In this document: positions 19,197 to 29,311 of the stretch, piece after piece
How the letters are laid out: each line of letters starts with the position of its first letter
How positions within the stretch are numbered: the stretch's first letter is position 1
Assembly (NCBI GenBank): GCA_934140575.1
Contig: CAKPBJ010000005.1
Location: 19,385-83,384, forward strand
DNA: 64,000 bases
Reading direction: 5' to 3'
Origin: an uncultured Bacilli bacterium
Lineage (GTDB): Bacteria > Bacillota_I > Bacilli_A > RF39 > UBA660
Made by a program: the position numbers and the translations under genes
The notes under the pieces: generated by a model
Told to the model about the DNA's origin: nothing
The model's database searches: none
What the model saw: only the letters and a program-made list of their open reading frames with translations

Positions 19197-19781
19197 ATGG
19201 TTAAAAAGGATGTTAAACAGTTAACTTTAGCAATTATAGTTATTGTATGCTTATTTGTTGTTTTTATTGGATTAGGTTTTTTATTCAATAGGTATAAAAG
19301 TAGTGAAAATAAAGCATATAATTTAGGCGTTAAGTTTTCAGATAATCGTAATGTTTATTTAGAAAATACTTTGCCTGTTACTGATAAAATTGGTAGGGAA
19401 TTGGATGGTGTTAATTCTTCGACTGGGATATATGGTTTTAAAGAATTTAGTATTGAGAATAATTATGATAAAAAAGTTGATTATCAGATATATTTAAGGG
19501 TAAAAAATAGTTGTGAAAATATGATTGATGAAGATTTTATAAAGTTATATTTAACTGATACTAATAACAATCCTTTAAGTGGATTTGAAAATAATAAGTT
19601 ACCTAGTTATTCATCTATTAGTAGTTTGAATGATAAGCCTGATAGTAAACTTTTGTATACTGGTTCAATTAATAAGAATAGTATTAGTAAATTTAGACTT
19701 AGAGTATGGGTGTCTGATTTATATTCTGTTAATAGAGATAAGGAATGTTTTTCATTTGATATTTATGTAAGAAGTATTTAG
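19197..19781 (+). CDS. N-terminally anchored/secreted beta-rich protein, paralog 1 (possible TasA/camelysin-like fold)
   Basis: One N-terminal TM/signal segment. Shares blocks with the next ORF (LENTLPVTDKIG / ITNVVPTSDIVG; KFRLRVWVSD / KYRLRMWLAD). Confidence 0.55.
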   Translation: MVKKDVKQLTLAIIVIVCLFVVFIGLGFLFNRYKSSENKAYNLGVKFSDNRNVYLENTLPVTDKIGRELDGVNSSTGIYGFKEFSIENNYDKKVDYQIYLRVKNSCENMIDEDFIKLYLTDTNNNPLSGFENNKLPSYSSISSLNDKPDSKLLYTGSINKNSISKFRLRVWVSDLYSVNRDKECFSFDIYVRSI

Positions 19782-19789
19782 GAGGAGTT

Positions 19790-20398
19790 ATGCGTAGTAG
19801 TGGTACTTTAGATAATAAGTTATCTAAAAATTTTTGGATTGTTGTGATTGTTGTATGTTGTATTCTTATTATTTTTTTAGCTACTGGTTTTGTGATGTCT
19901 TCCAATAAGCCAGATAATGTAGTTAAGGAAGAGAAGAATGGTGGTAATCTTGTTTTGAATTATTCTGGTAATACAGATGGGTTAACTATTACTAATGTTG
20001 TTCCTACTTCGGATATAGTTGGTATGGCTAATAATATAGATGGAAGTTATTTTGATTTTTCTGTTGATGTTGATTTGGATAAAGCTAAGTCTATTGATTA
20101 TGAATTGTCTATTAGTAAGGTTAGTTCTAATTCTACTATTCCAGATAATGATATTAAGGTTTATTTAGAGAAAATGGATAAGGGAGTTTATTCGAGTGTC
20201 TTTGGTCCAAAAAAGTTTGTTGGTTTAGAGGATGATAGTTCTTTAGGTACAGATCAAGATAGTATGATTCTTGTAAAGACTTCAAAAAATGAATCTGGTA
20301 GTGATAAGTATAGACTTAGAATGTGGCTTGCAGATACTAGTTTAGTTACATCTGGTAGTTATTCTGTAGAAGTAAATATTGTTGGTAAGGCTAAATAG
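19790..20398 (+). CDS. N-terminally anchored/secreted beta-rich protein, paralog 2
   Basis: Same architecture and shared blocks as 19197-19781. GGAGG RBS. Confidence 0.55.
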   Translation: MRSSGTLDNKLSKNFWIVVIVVCCILIIFLATGFVMSSNKPDNVVKEEKNGGNLVLNYSGNTDGLTITNVVPTSDIVGMANNIDGSYFDFSVDVDLDKAKSIDYELSISKVSSNSTIPDNDIKVYLEKMDKGVYSSVFGPKKFVGLEDDSSLGTDQDSMILVKTSKNESGSDKYRLRMWLADTSLVTSGSYSVEVNIVGKAK

Positions 20399-20430
20399 AA
20401 GTTGATGTCAAGTTTACTTCTTTTTTTTTG
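20397..20430 (+). terminator. Possible terminator after paralog pair
   Basis: agaagt/acttct stem with a 13-nt loop, followed by a T9 run. Confidence 0.5.
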
Positions 20431-20488
20431 TAATTATAGTTTTTTTTTAGTTGTAGTATTATAATAATTCTAGAATTGGAGCGATAAT

Positions 20489-21097
20489 ATGAAGAAAGTA
20501 AAGTATGAAAATTTAAGTAAGTTTCAATACTTATCTTATTTTATTGGTAGAGCATTTTTGCTTTCTATATTTTGTTTTGTTGGTATTTTAGCTTTAATGG
20601 TTACTGTTTATTTTGGAGATTTAATCATTAATTTAGGTAGAGGTAAGTCTAATAGACCTTTATTTAATAGTTATGTAATTGTGTCTCAGAGTATGGTTCC
20701 AACAATTAATATTAATGATGCAATTATTGTTAAGAGAATTGATCATGATAATTATAAGATTGGTGATATTATTAGTTTTTCTTCTTCGGATATTAATTAT
20801 AAAGGACTTACAGTTACTCACAGAATAGTTAATAAGCAAAGTTCTAGTAATGCAAGTTCTATTTATACTACAAAGGGAGATAATAATTTAGTTGCTGATT
20901 ATGCTGGTGTTAAGACTGATCAGATTTATGGAAGAGTTTTATTTATTATTCCTAAGATTGGATATATTCATACATTTTTTTCAAAACCTTCTAATTTCTT
21001 TGGCTGTTTACTTATACCAATTTTAATGATTATAGGTTATGATGCTTTAAAAATTACAAGAGTTGTTGTTGAAAAGAGAAAGGCACTTAGTGAGTAA
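20489..21097 (+). CDS. sipW: Signal peptidase I, SipW/archaeal-ER type (S26B)
   Basis: SQSMVPTI (catalytic Ser), VTHRIV (His) and TKGDNN motifs. Has N- and C-terminal TM segments, typical of SipW-type enzymes. Confidence 0.8.
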   Translation: MKKVKYENLSKFQYLSYFIGRAFLLSIFCFVGILALMVTVYFGDLIINLGRGKSNRPLFNSYVIVSQSMVPTININDAIIVKRIDHDNYKIGDIISFSSSDINYKGLTVTHRIVNKQSSSNASSIYTTKGDNNLVADYAGVKTDQIYGRVLFIIPKIGYIHTFFSKPSNFFGCLLIPILMIIGYDALKITRVVVEKRKALSE

Positions 21098-21150
21098 AGT
21101 ACTTTTCTTTTTTTTGTTTATAATTTATAATATTTTCAGTTGGTGATTTT

Positions 21151-21948
21151 ATGGAAAAGTATGATGTTAAATTTAAGAAAAAGTATGGTCAAAATTTTTT
21201 AAAGAATATAAGTGTTGTGGAAAGAATTGTTAATGTAAGTGAAATTGGGGATAATGATTTAGTTATTGAAGTTGGTCCTGGTGGAGCTATTATGACAAGG
21301 GAACTTTCTAAAAGAGCAGGTAATGTCTTGGCATATGAGATTGATGAAGATTTAAAAGAAGAATTATCAAAAAGACTTGATGGTTGTGGTAATGTTGATG
21401 TTTTATTTAAAGATTTTTTGGATGCTGATTTAGTTAGTGATGTTAAGAATTATTCTTATGATAAATTGTTTTTTGTTAGTAATGTTCCTTATTATATTAC
21501 TACTCCAATACTTATGAAGATTATAGAGTCAAATCTTTCTTTTTCAAAGATTGTTATGATGGTACAAAAAGAGGTAGGAGATAGATTTTCTACAAAACCT
21601 GGTAGTAAAGAGTATGGATCAATTACTGTACTTTTAAATTATTTTTTTGATGTTAAGAAAGAATTTTTAGTTTCAAGGAATCAGTTTGTTCCTGTTCCAA
21701 ATGTTGATAGTGTAATAGTTTCTTTTACTGAAAAGAAGGATAAGAAGTATTTGAAAGATTTTACTTTTTTTCAAAAAATTGTTAGGGATAGTTTTCAATA
21801 TAAAAGAAAGACTATTAAAAATAATTTGAGAAGTTATGATTTGAAAATTGTTTCTGATGTTTTAAGTAAATATGGATATGATTTAAGTATTAGAGCTGAG
21901 AATTTGCAACTTGATGTTTTTGTTGATTTAGCAAATGAATTAATATAG
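21151..21948 (+). CDS. rsmA: 16S rRNA (adenine1518/1519-N6)-dimethyltransferase
   Basis: KKYGQNFL, EVGPGGG-like and NVPYYITTPI motifs. Confidence 0.95.
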   Translation: MEKYDVKFKKKYGQNFLKNISVVERIVNVSEIGDNDLVIEVGPGGAIMTRELSKRAGNVLAYEIDEDLKEELSKRLDGCGNVDVLFKDFLDADLVSDVKNYSYDKLFFVSNVPYYITTPILMKIIESNLSFSKIVMMVQKEVGDRFSTKPGSKEYGSITVLLNYFFDVKKEFLVSRNQFVPVPNVDSVIVSFTEKKDKKYLKDFTFFQKIVRDSFQYKRKTIKNNLRSYDLKIVSDVLSKYGYDLSIRAENLQLDVFVDLANELI

Positions 21949-22037
21949 TATTTTTAATTTTAATTAGTTTGAAATATAACTACTTTTTTTATTCTAATTT
22001 TTGATTTTTAGCATATAAATTTATGGGAGATGATTAA

Positions 22038-22799
22038 TTGGAATTTAAAATAGGAGATTTAGTTAGTCGTATATCACATAATAATGATATTGTGTTTAAA
22101 ATTATTGATATAAGTGGAAATGTTGTGTTCTTAAAGGGTGTTGATTTGAGACTTTATGCTGATTCAGATGTAAATGATTTGGTATTTGTTCATGATATTA
22201 AATCTGAAGATGATTCTATAATAAAAAGAAATGTTTCACTTATAAATATGGATAGGGATAATTATTTTTATATTCCAGGGAAAATTTTACATATTGATGG
22301 AGATAATGATTATTTAAATAGATGTATGAGGTTTTATAAAAATATGGGAATTAAAGCGAATGGAATTATGTTATCTGAGAAGATAGTCCCTTCAAAAATA
22401 CTTGGATTAATTAAGGAATATAGACCTGATATTATTGTTATTACTGGACATGATGCATATTTTTCAAAGAAAGATGATTATGAAAATTCATCTAATTTTA
22501 TATCAGCAATTAAGGAAGCTCGTAAATTTGAAAAAAACCAAGATAAATTAATTATAATTGCTGGAGCATGTCAGTCTAATTATGAGAAATTAATTCAGGC
22601 TGGTGCTAATTTTGCATCTAGTCCAAAAAGAATTAATATTCATGCGTTAGATCCGGCAATTATTGCATCTAGTATAGCTTTATCTGATAAAAATCAAAGT
22701 ATAGATTTAATAAATATGATTAAGAAAACTAAGTATGGTAGTGATGGAATTGGAGGAATTATTACTAATGGTACTATGTATGTGGGGTATCCTAGATGA
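22038..22799 (+). CDS. yabG: Sporulation-specific peptidase YabG
   Basis: GDLV N-terminus, ILHIDGD, VITGHDAY and AGACQS motifs. TTG start after GGGAGA. Conserved ksgA-yabG-veg order. Confidence 0.8.
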   Translation: MEFKIGDLVSRISHNNDIVFKIIDISGNVVFLKGVDLRLYADSDVNDLVFVHDIKSEDDSIIKRNVSLINMDRDNYFYIPGKILHIDGDNDYLNRCMRFYKNMGIKANGIMLSEKIVPSKILGLIKEYRPDIIVITGHDAYFSKKDDYENSSNFISAIKEARKFEKNQDKLIIIAGACQSNYEKLIQAGANFASSPKRINIHALDPAIIASSIALSDKNQSIDLINMIKKTKYGSDGIGGIITNGTMYVGYPR

Positions 22800-23008
22800 A
22801 TCTCGATATGGCAAAAAGAATAGTATTTAAAAATTTAGGGGTTTCTAATAATTTCTTTTATAAGGGACCAAGAAACCAAAATGAATACTTTCATGGTTAT
22901 ATAGATAAAGCATATCCGGCGATTTTTACGATTATTACAGATGATGGAAAAACTCTATCTTTCTGTTATAGCGATTTACTTATTAATAATTTAGAAATAC
23001 TAAGTTAG
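22796..23008 (+). CDS. veg: Veg protein
   Basis: About 70 aa. The pattern G..D.AYPAIFTI...SF.YSDLL..NLE resembles B. subtilis Veg. The start could instead be the ATG at 22808. Confidence 0.7.
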   Translation: MNLDMAKRIVFKNLGVSNNFFYKGPRNQNEYFHGYIDKAYPAIFTIITDDGKTLSFCYSDLLINNLEILS

Positions 23009-23117
23009 TTATTTATATTTATCTTTTTTTGTCGAAAATAAATATATTGCAATTTGGTAAATATTATTATAAAATTAACTTATAAAGTGGTTACGCTTTA
23101 AGAGGGAGGAAAATCAT

Positions 23118-23393
23118 ATGAAGATTACATCAGTTAATGTACGTAAAATTGATAAGGAAGGTTCTCGTATGAAGGGAATTGCATCTGTATTATTAGATGA
23201 CAGTTTTGCAGTACATGATATTCGTATTATTGAAGGAGACAACGGTTTATTCATAGCAATGCCTAGCCGAAAGATTGCTAATGGTGACTACCGTGATATA
23301 GCACATCCAATTAATCCTGCTGTTCGTACTATGTTTGAAGAAGCTATTTTTGATGCTTATGAAAAAGCAGAAGATGAAACTGTTGAAGAATAA
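23118..23393 (+). CDS. spoVG: Septation protein SpoVG
   Basis: MKITSVNVRKI...KGIASVLLDDSFAVHDIRIIEG..GLFIAMPSRK. Confidence 0.95.
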   Translation: MKITSVNVRKIDKEGSRMKGIASVLLDDSFAVHDIRIIEGDNGLFIAMPSRKIANGDYRDIAHPINPAVRTMFEEAIFDAYEKAEDETVEE

Positions 23394-23463
23394 GATGTTT
23401 TATACATCTTTTTTTCTTTCATAAATTTAGTTTTCCTTTCATATGTTTTATTGGGAGGAAAAT

Positions 23464-23754
23464 ATGGATAAGGATAATACTACTATAAATAATTATAATC
23501 ATAGTGTTAGTTTACTTGAGAGAAAAACATTAGTAATAACAGGTGTTAAAAAGATAGAAACGTTTGATAAGTTACATTTTATACTAGAAACTACGATGGG
23601 ATTTATGGTTATTAAAGGAAATGATTTGGAACTTATAAAATTAGATACACTTGCAGGAAATGTTACAATTAAAGGAACAATAGATTCTATAAATTATATT
23701 GTTGAGAATAAAAAGAAAGAAGAAGACGGTATATTTAATAGGTTATTCAAATGA
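23464..23754 (+). CDS. yabP: Sporulation protein YabP
   Basis: HSVSLLERKTLVITGVKKIETFD pattern. GGGAGG RBS before 23464. Followed by yabQ with an ATGA overlap. Confidence 0.75.
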   Translation: MDKDNTTINNYNHSVSLLERKTLVITGVKKIETFDKLHFILETTMGFMVIKGNDLELIKLDTLAGNVTIKGTIDSINYIVENKKKEEDGIFNRLFK

Positions 23755-24026
23755 TGAATTTAGTAACGCAATTAATTAGTTTGTTTTTTTCTTTTTGTTT
23801 TGGAGTATTCTTATTTTTTATATTTAAAATTAATTATAAATATTTAATAATACGTAGGTATAAGTTACGTTTATTATTTTATGTTTCTATATTTTTATTT
23901 ATTTCAATTTTGTATTTTGTAATTTTAAGGTTTTTAAATAATGGTATTTTACATTTATATTTTTTGTTATTAATAATATTTGGTTTTTTAATTACTTATA
24001 ATTTTTATAAGAAAAAACGTAAATAA
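23751..24026 (+). CDS. yabQ: Spore cortex biosynthesis protein YabQ (membrane)
   Basis: 91 aa with 3 TM segments. Translationally coupled to yabP. Called mainly on position. Confidence 0.55.
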   Translation: MMNLVTQLISLFFSFCFGVFLFFIFKINYKYLIIRRYKLRLLFYVSIFLFISILYFVILRFLNNGILHLYFLLLIIFGFLITYNFYKKKRK

Positions 24027-24114
24027 ATGTAAAATTTTATTAGAAATATATTGTTATTTATGTTTTGGTATTTGTAAAGATATATAATGTAGGGTGAAAA
24101 GGTAGGTGAATGTG

Positions 24115-24414
24115 ATGACTAAAAGAAAAAAGGTTAATAAGAAAAGAAGAAGAACTTTATTGTTAGGATTACTTTCTATATTTATTATTTTTGGTGTTAC
24201 ATTCTCTATTGGAAAATATTGGATAGAGATATTTGATAAATATCAAGAAAAGAAAGAATTGGATGAGAAACTTACTAGATTAAAAGAAAAAGAAGAAGAG
24301 TTACAGGTAGATGCGAAAAAATTACAAAATCCTGATTATGTAGCTAGGTATGCTCGTGAAAAATATTCATATTCTAAAGATGGAGAGTATATTTTACAAA
24401 TCCCTGATAAATAG
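24115..24414 (+). CDS. divIC: Septum formation initiator DivIC/FtsB family
   Basis: Basic N-terminus, a single TM, a coiled coil (LTRLKEKEEELQ) and a YVARYAREKY tail. Syntenic position. Confidence 0.7.
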   Translation: MTKRKKVNKKRRRTLLLGLLSIFIIFGVTFSIGKYWIEIFDKYQEKKELDEKLTRLKEKEEELQVDAKKLQNPDYVARYAREKYSYSKDGEYILQIPDK

Positions 24415-24475
24415 AATATATTTTTCTTTTTTTTTGCTTTTATATGTTATAATATTCTGTGATTGGAGGGAGTCC

Positions 24476-25789
24476 ATGATTGAAATAGATAAAAATTTTA
24501 AATTCAGTAATGGTGATAGAATTGTAGTTGGATGTTCTACTGGACCTGATTCTATGTCTTTAGTGGATATGTTATTAAAAATAAGAAAAAAATATAATTT
24601 GTGTTTAATTATTGCACATGTTAATCATAATGTAAGAAAAGAGAGTTATGCTGAGGCTGAGTTTTTAAAAGATTATTGTGCTCAGAATGACTTGATTTTT
24701 GAAAGTATGGTTATTGAAGAGTATGGTGATGATAATTTTCATAATGAAGCAAGAGCTATTAGATATAATTTCTTTGAAAGTTTAGTTCAAAAGTATAATG
24801 CTGATTATTTAATGACTGCTCATCATGGTGATGATTTGATGGAAACAGTTCTTATGAGAATTGTTCGTGGATCAAATTTAAATGGATATGGTGGTTTTAA
24901 ATATTGTGTTGATATGGGAGATTATAAGATTGTTAGACCACTAGTTCATTATACTAAGGAACAATTAAGATTGTATGATGAAGAAAATGGGGTTAAATAC
25001 TTTATAGATAGTTCAAATGATAAAGATAAGTATACTAGAAATAGGTACAGAAAATATGTGTTACCATTCTTAAAACAAGAAGAAAAGAATGCTCACTTGA
25101 AGTTTTTAAAGTTTAGTGAGACACTTGATGAGGCTAATAAATTTATTGAAAAGGAAAAAGACAAAGCAATTAAGAGAGTTTTTGATAAAGATAGACTTAT
25201 TATTGATAAATTTTTATTAGAGGATGAGTTTATTGAAAAAGAAATTTTATATTATATGCTGGGTGAGTTTTATCAAGATGATTTAATATTAGTTGGTGAT
25301 AAACATATTAGTTTGATTTTTGAACTTATAAATAGTCGTAAGGCGAATAGTTTTATAAATTTACCTAATGATGTAATTGCTAGAAAAACATATAATTTTT
25401 TAACATTAAAAAGAAATGTTGATACTATTTCTAGTTATGAGATAGAGTTAGATAATTATACTATGCTTCCTAATAATCATTATATTGAGTATATTGATGA
25501 TGTTAGTGATAATAGTAATTATATATGTAGACTTAATAGTAATGAAGTTACTTTACCTTTAATTGTTAGAACTAGGAAGTTTGGTGATAGGATGAAGGTA
25601 AAGGGACTTGATGGTAGTAAAAAAGTTAAGGATATATTTATTGATAAGAAAATATCATTGGAGAAGCGTGATAGTTGGCCAATAGTTGTAGACTCACGTG
25701 GAAATGTTGTTTGGATTCCGGGTATTAAGAAATCTAAATTTGACAAGAAAAAGACCGATGTTTATGATATAATATTGAAATATAGTTAA
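24476..25789 (+). CDS. tilS: tRNA(Ile)-lysidine synthetase
   Basis: VGCSTGPDS PP-loop (SGGxDS type) and a TilS C-terminal domain. The ATG at 24476 follows GGAGGG. No hpt gene follows it. Confidence 0.9.
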   Translation: MIEIDKNFKFSNGDRIVVGCSTGPDSMSLVDMLLKIRKKYNLCLIIAHVNHNVRKESYAEAEFLKDYCAQNDLIFESMVIEEYGDDNFHNEARAIRYNFFESLVQKYNADYLMTAHHGDDLMETVLMRIVRGSNLNGYGGFKYCVDMGDYKIVRPLVHYTKEQLRLYDEENGVKYFIDSSNDKDKYTRNRYRKYVLPFLKQEEKNAHLKFLKFSETLDEANKFIEKEKDKAIKRVFDKDRLIIDKFLLEDEFIEKEILYYMLGEFYQDDLILVGDKHISLIFELINSRKANSFINLPNDVIARKTYNFLTLKRNVDTISSYEIELDNYTMLPNNHYIEYIDDVSDNSNYICRLNSNEVTLPLIVRTRKFGDRMKVKGLDGSKKVKDIFIDKKISLEKRDSWPIVVDSRGNVVWIPGIKKSKFDKKKTDVYDIILKYS

Positions 25790-25802
25790 GGAGGAAATAT
25801 TT

Positions 25803-27776
25803 GTGAATAATAAAATGGATAAAAAGACTATAAAAAAAGGGTTATTACCATATTTATTTATTTTTGTAATTATGCTTGGTGTATTTTATTTCTATTCTGT
25901 TTTTAATAGAAATGTACATGAGTTGACTTATGATAAATTTATTCAAAAATTAAATAAAGAGGAAATAACTGAGTTAACTATTGTTACTAGGGGTAGTGGA
26001 TATGTTTATGATGTATCTGGTAAATTAGAAGGTTATTCTGATAATGAGAGCTTTGAAGCTACATTACCTTTAAGTGATCAAGTTATGAAAAAAATTGTTA
26101 AGGCTAGTGATAGTCAAGATTTTAAATTAAGTGTTGTACCTGATCCTGAATCTTCATCATTACTTGTAATTCTTGTTAATGTTTTACCAATTGCTTTATT
26201 GGTTGTACTTGCTTTTTGGTTTTTTAATAAGCAAATGGCAGGAAATAAGAGTTCATTGGATTTTGGAAAGAGTCGTGCTAGATTAAATAGTGATACTAAT
26301 AAAGTTACTTTTAAGGATGTAGCTGGACTTGAAGAAGAGAAAGAAGAAGTAAAAGAACTTATTGATTTCTTAAAAGCTCCTAAGAAATTTCAAAAATTAG
26401 GTGCTCGTATACCTAAGGGAGTTTTATTGATGGGTCCTCCAGGAACTGGTAAAACTTTACTTGCTAAGGCAGTTGCAGGAGAAGCTGATGTTCCATTTTA
26501 CTTTATTAGTGGATCTGACTTTGTAGAATTATTTGTTGGTGTTGGTGCAAGCCGTGTTCGTGATATGTTTCAACAAGCAAAAAGAACAGCACCATGTTTA
26601 ATTTTTATTGATGAAATTGATGCAGTTGGTCGTCAAAGAGGTAGCGGAATTGGTGGAGGTCATGATGAACGTGAACAAACTTTAAACCAATTACTTACTG
26701 AAATGGATGGGTTTGGTGCTAATGAAGGTATAATAATCATTGCAGCAACAAATAGACCTGATGTATTAGATCCAGCATTATTAAGACCTGGAAGATTTGA
26801 TAGACAAATTACTGTTAATTTACCTGATATAAAAGGACGTGAAGAGATACTTGCAGTTCATGCTAAAAATAAGATTTTAGCTGATGGTATAACTTTAAAG
26901 AATTTAGCAAAGAGAACACCTGGATTTAGTGGTGCTGATCTTGAAAATTTATTGAATGAAGCTGCTTTACTTGCAGTTCGTAGAAATAAGTCTGAAATTA
27001 CAATGAGTGAAATTGATGAAGCAACAGATCGTGTTTTAATGGGACCTGCTAAAACTAGTCATAAATATAGTGAAAATGATAGAAAGTTAGTTGCTTACCA
27101 TGAAGCTGGTCATGCTGTTATTGGACTTAAATTAAGAAATGCAAGTGATGTTCAAAAGGTAACAATTATTCCTCGTGGACAAGCTGGTGGATATAACATG
27201 ATGGTTCCTAGTGAAGAAAAGTTCTGTTCTACAAAAACTGATTTATTAGAAGAAATTACTGGTTTATTAGGTGGTAGAACTGCTGAGGAAATTACATTTG
27301 GTGAAATTACTACTGGAGCACATAATGACTTTGAAAAAGCTACTAAAATAGCTCGTGCTATGGTTACTGAGTATGGTATGAGTGATTTAGGACCATTACA
27401 ATTTGAACAACAAAGTGGAAGTGTTTTCTTAGGTAGAGATTATAATAAACCTCAACATTTTTCTAATGAAGTAGCTAATGAAATAGATATGGAAATGAGA
27501 AAAATAATTAATAATTGTCATAAACAAGCAAAGGAAATAATTACTAAGAATAAAGATTTATTAGAGTTAATTGCTGAGACTTTACTTGAATATGAAACAT
27601 TAACTAAAGAACAAATTGATTATTTAGTTGAAAATGGTCATATGCCTGAAGAGGATAAAACTGATAATTATGAATCTATGTCTACTACTAAATTAAGAGA
27701 AATAGCAAAAGAAAAAGGAATTAAAAATTATTCAAAAATGAGTAAAGCTGAATTATTAAAAGAATTAGATGTTTAG
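25803..27776 (+). CDS. ftsH: ATP-dependent zinc metalloprotease FtsH with C-terminal Rho_N/SAP-like motif
   Basis: 2 TM segments, GPPGTGKT, the SRH and HEAGH. The last 32 aa are [26 protein letters not shown]. Confidence 0.97.
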   Translation: MNNKMDKKTIKKGLLPYLFIFVIMLGVFYFYSVFNRNVHELTYDKFIQKLNKEEITELTIVTRGSGYVYDVSGKLEGYSDNESFEATLPLSDQVMKKIVKASDSQDFKLSVVPDPESSSLLVILVNVLPIALLVVLAFWFFNKQMAGNKSSLDFGKSRARLNSDTNKVTFKDVAGLEEEKEEVKELIDFLKAPKKFQKLGARIPKGVLLMGPPGTGKTLLAKAVAGEADVPFYFISGSDFVELFVGVGASRVRDMFQQAKRTAPCLIFIDEIDAVGRQRGSGIGGGHDEREQTLNQLLTEMDGFGANEGIIIIAATNRPDVLDPALLRPGRFDRQITVNLPDIKGREEILAVHAKNKILADGITLKNLAKRTPGFSGADLENLLNEAALLAVRRNKSEITMSEIDEATDRVLMGPAKTSHKYSENDRKLVAYHEAGHAVIGLKLRNASDVQKVTIIPRGQAGGYNMMVPSEEKFCSTKTDLLEEITGLLGGRTAEEITFGEITTGAHNDFEKATKIARAMVTEYGMSDLGPLQFEQQSGSVFLGRDYNKPQHFSNEVANEIDMEMRKIINNCHKQAKEIITKNKDLLELIAETLLEYETLTKEQIDYLVENGHMPEEDKTDNYESMSTTKLREIAKEKGIKNYSKMSKAELLKELDV

Positions 27777-27818
27777 TCTAATTTTTTTTTGATATAATTG
27801 GTATATGGAGTGATTATT

Positions 27819-28253
27819 ATGAAAAAAGATTTAAATGTAGATGTTTCTAATATTAAAGAAAAAAGTACAGGTTTTATTAATGATTTTAAGAAGTTTGTTA
27901 TGAGAGGGAATGTTATGGATATGGCAGTAGGTGTCATTATAGGCGCGGCATTTTCTGATGTAGTTACAGCTTTAACTAAGGATATTATTAATCCGTTAAT
28001 TAATGGAATAGGTGGAGCAGAAGTTGGAGGTTCTTTAAAGATATATGGTGGGCAAAGTATATTATATGGTGATTTTATAACTTCTATTATTAATTTTTTT
28101 ATAATGGCGTTTGTCTTGTTTATTTTATTAAGAGTTTTTAATAGAATTGTGAAGGTTCATGAAGATAAGACGGAAGAGAAAAAGAGTCAAGTTAAGTCAG
28201 AAGAGCTTATCGTATTAGAAGAAATTCGTGATTTATTAAGTAAGAGTAAGTAA
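27819..28253 (+). CDS. mscL: Large-conductance mechanosensitive channel
   Basis: FKKFVMRGNVMDMAVGVIIGAAF signature. Confidence 0.9.
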   Translation: MKKDLNVDVSNIKEKSTGFINDFKKFVMRGNVMDMAVGVIIGAAFSDVVTALTKDIINPLINGIGGAEVGGSLKIYGGQSILYGDFITSIINFFIMAFVLFILLRVFNRIVKVHEDKTEEKKSQVKSEELIVLEEIRDLLSKSK

Positions 28254-28281
28254 AGATTGATATTTGTGTCAATCTTTTTTC
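28253..28281 (+). terminator. Intrinsic terminator after mscL
   Basis: aagattga/tcaatctt stem followed by a T-run. Confidence 0.8.
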
Positions 28282-28333
28282 TTGTTTTAATTTATTAATT
28301 ATTATATAATAGGCTTGTTTTGAGGTGATATTA

Positions 28334-29311
28334 GTGGAATGGAAAATTGGTAATGTTAAAATATCTAATCAAGTTGTTTTAGCACCTATGGCTGGTATTT
28401 GTAATTCTGCATATCGACAAATTTGTAAGGAAATGGGTTGTGGATTAATTTATGCTGAGATGGTTAGTGATAAAGCTATAACATATAATAATCAAAAAAC
28501 AATTGATATGCTTTATATGACTGATATGGAAAGACCAATTTCTCAACAAATATTTGGAAGTGATAAGGAATCTTTTGTTGCGGCTGCTAAGTATATTGAA
28601 CAAAATATGCATCCGGATATTATTGATATCAATATGGGGTGTCCGGTTCCTAAAGTTGCTGTTAGAGCACAGGCTGGTTCTGCTTTATTAAAAGATCCTA
28701 AAAAAATTTATGATATTGTTTCTAGTGTTGTTTCTAGTGTTAGTGTTCCCGTTACAGTTAAAATCAGAAGTGGTTGGGATAGTAAACATATAAATGCTGT
28801 TGAGGTAGCAAAGATAGTTGAAAAAGCAGGGGCTAGTGCTATTTGTGTTCATCCTAGAACTAGGAGTCAAGGTTATAGTGGAAAAGCAGATTGGAATATC
28901 ATAAAAGAAGTTAAACAGAGTGTTAGTATTCCAGTTATTGGGAATGGCGACATTAAGTGTCCTGAGGATGCTAAAAAGATGATTGATGAAACTAATTGTG
29001 ATGCTGTTATGATTGGAAGAGGTGTACTTGGTAATCCTTGGCTAATAAGAAATACAGTTAGTTACTTGGATGGTGGAGAAATTGTCTTGCCTAGCATAAA
29101 TGATAGAATTGATATGTGTTTAAAACATTTAGAATTACTTAAATCTTTAAAAAGTGAAAAAGTTGCTTGCTTAGAAATTAGGAATCATATATCTTGGTAT
29201 TTTAAGGGTATTTGTGGTGCCAATGAGTTAAAGAATAAGGTATATCAAACTTCTAATATTCATGATATAATCTTATTATTAAATGAATTTAAGGAGGCAC
29301 AAAATGGCTAA
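28334..29311 (+). CDS. dusB: tRNA-dihydrouridine synthase
   Basis: VVLAPMAG, NMGCP and PVTVKIR motifs. Start is GTG at 28334 (or 28325), downstream of GAGGTGA. Confidence 0.9.
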   Translation: MEWKIGNVKISNQVVLAPMAGICNSAYRQICKEMGCGLIYAEMVSDKAITYNNQKTIDMLYMTDMERPISQQIFGSDKESFVAAAKYIEQNMHPDIIDINMGCPVPKVAVRAQAGSALLKDPKKIYDIVSSVVSSVSVPVTVKIRSGWDSKHINAVEVAKIVEKAGASAICVHPRTRSQGYSGKADWNIIKEVKQSVSIPVIGNGDIKCPEDAKKMIDETNCDAVMIGRGVLGNPWLIRNTVSYLDGGEIVLPSINDRIDMCLKHLELLKSLKSEKVACLEIRNHISWYFKGICGANELKNKVYQTSNIHDIILLLNEFKEAQNG

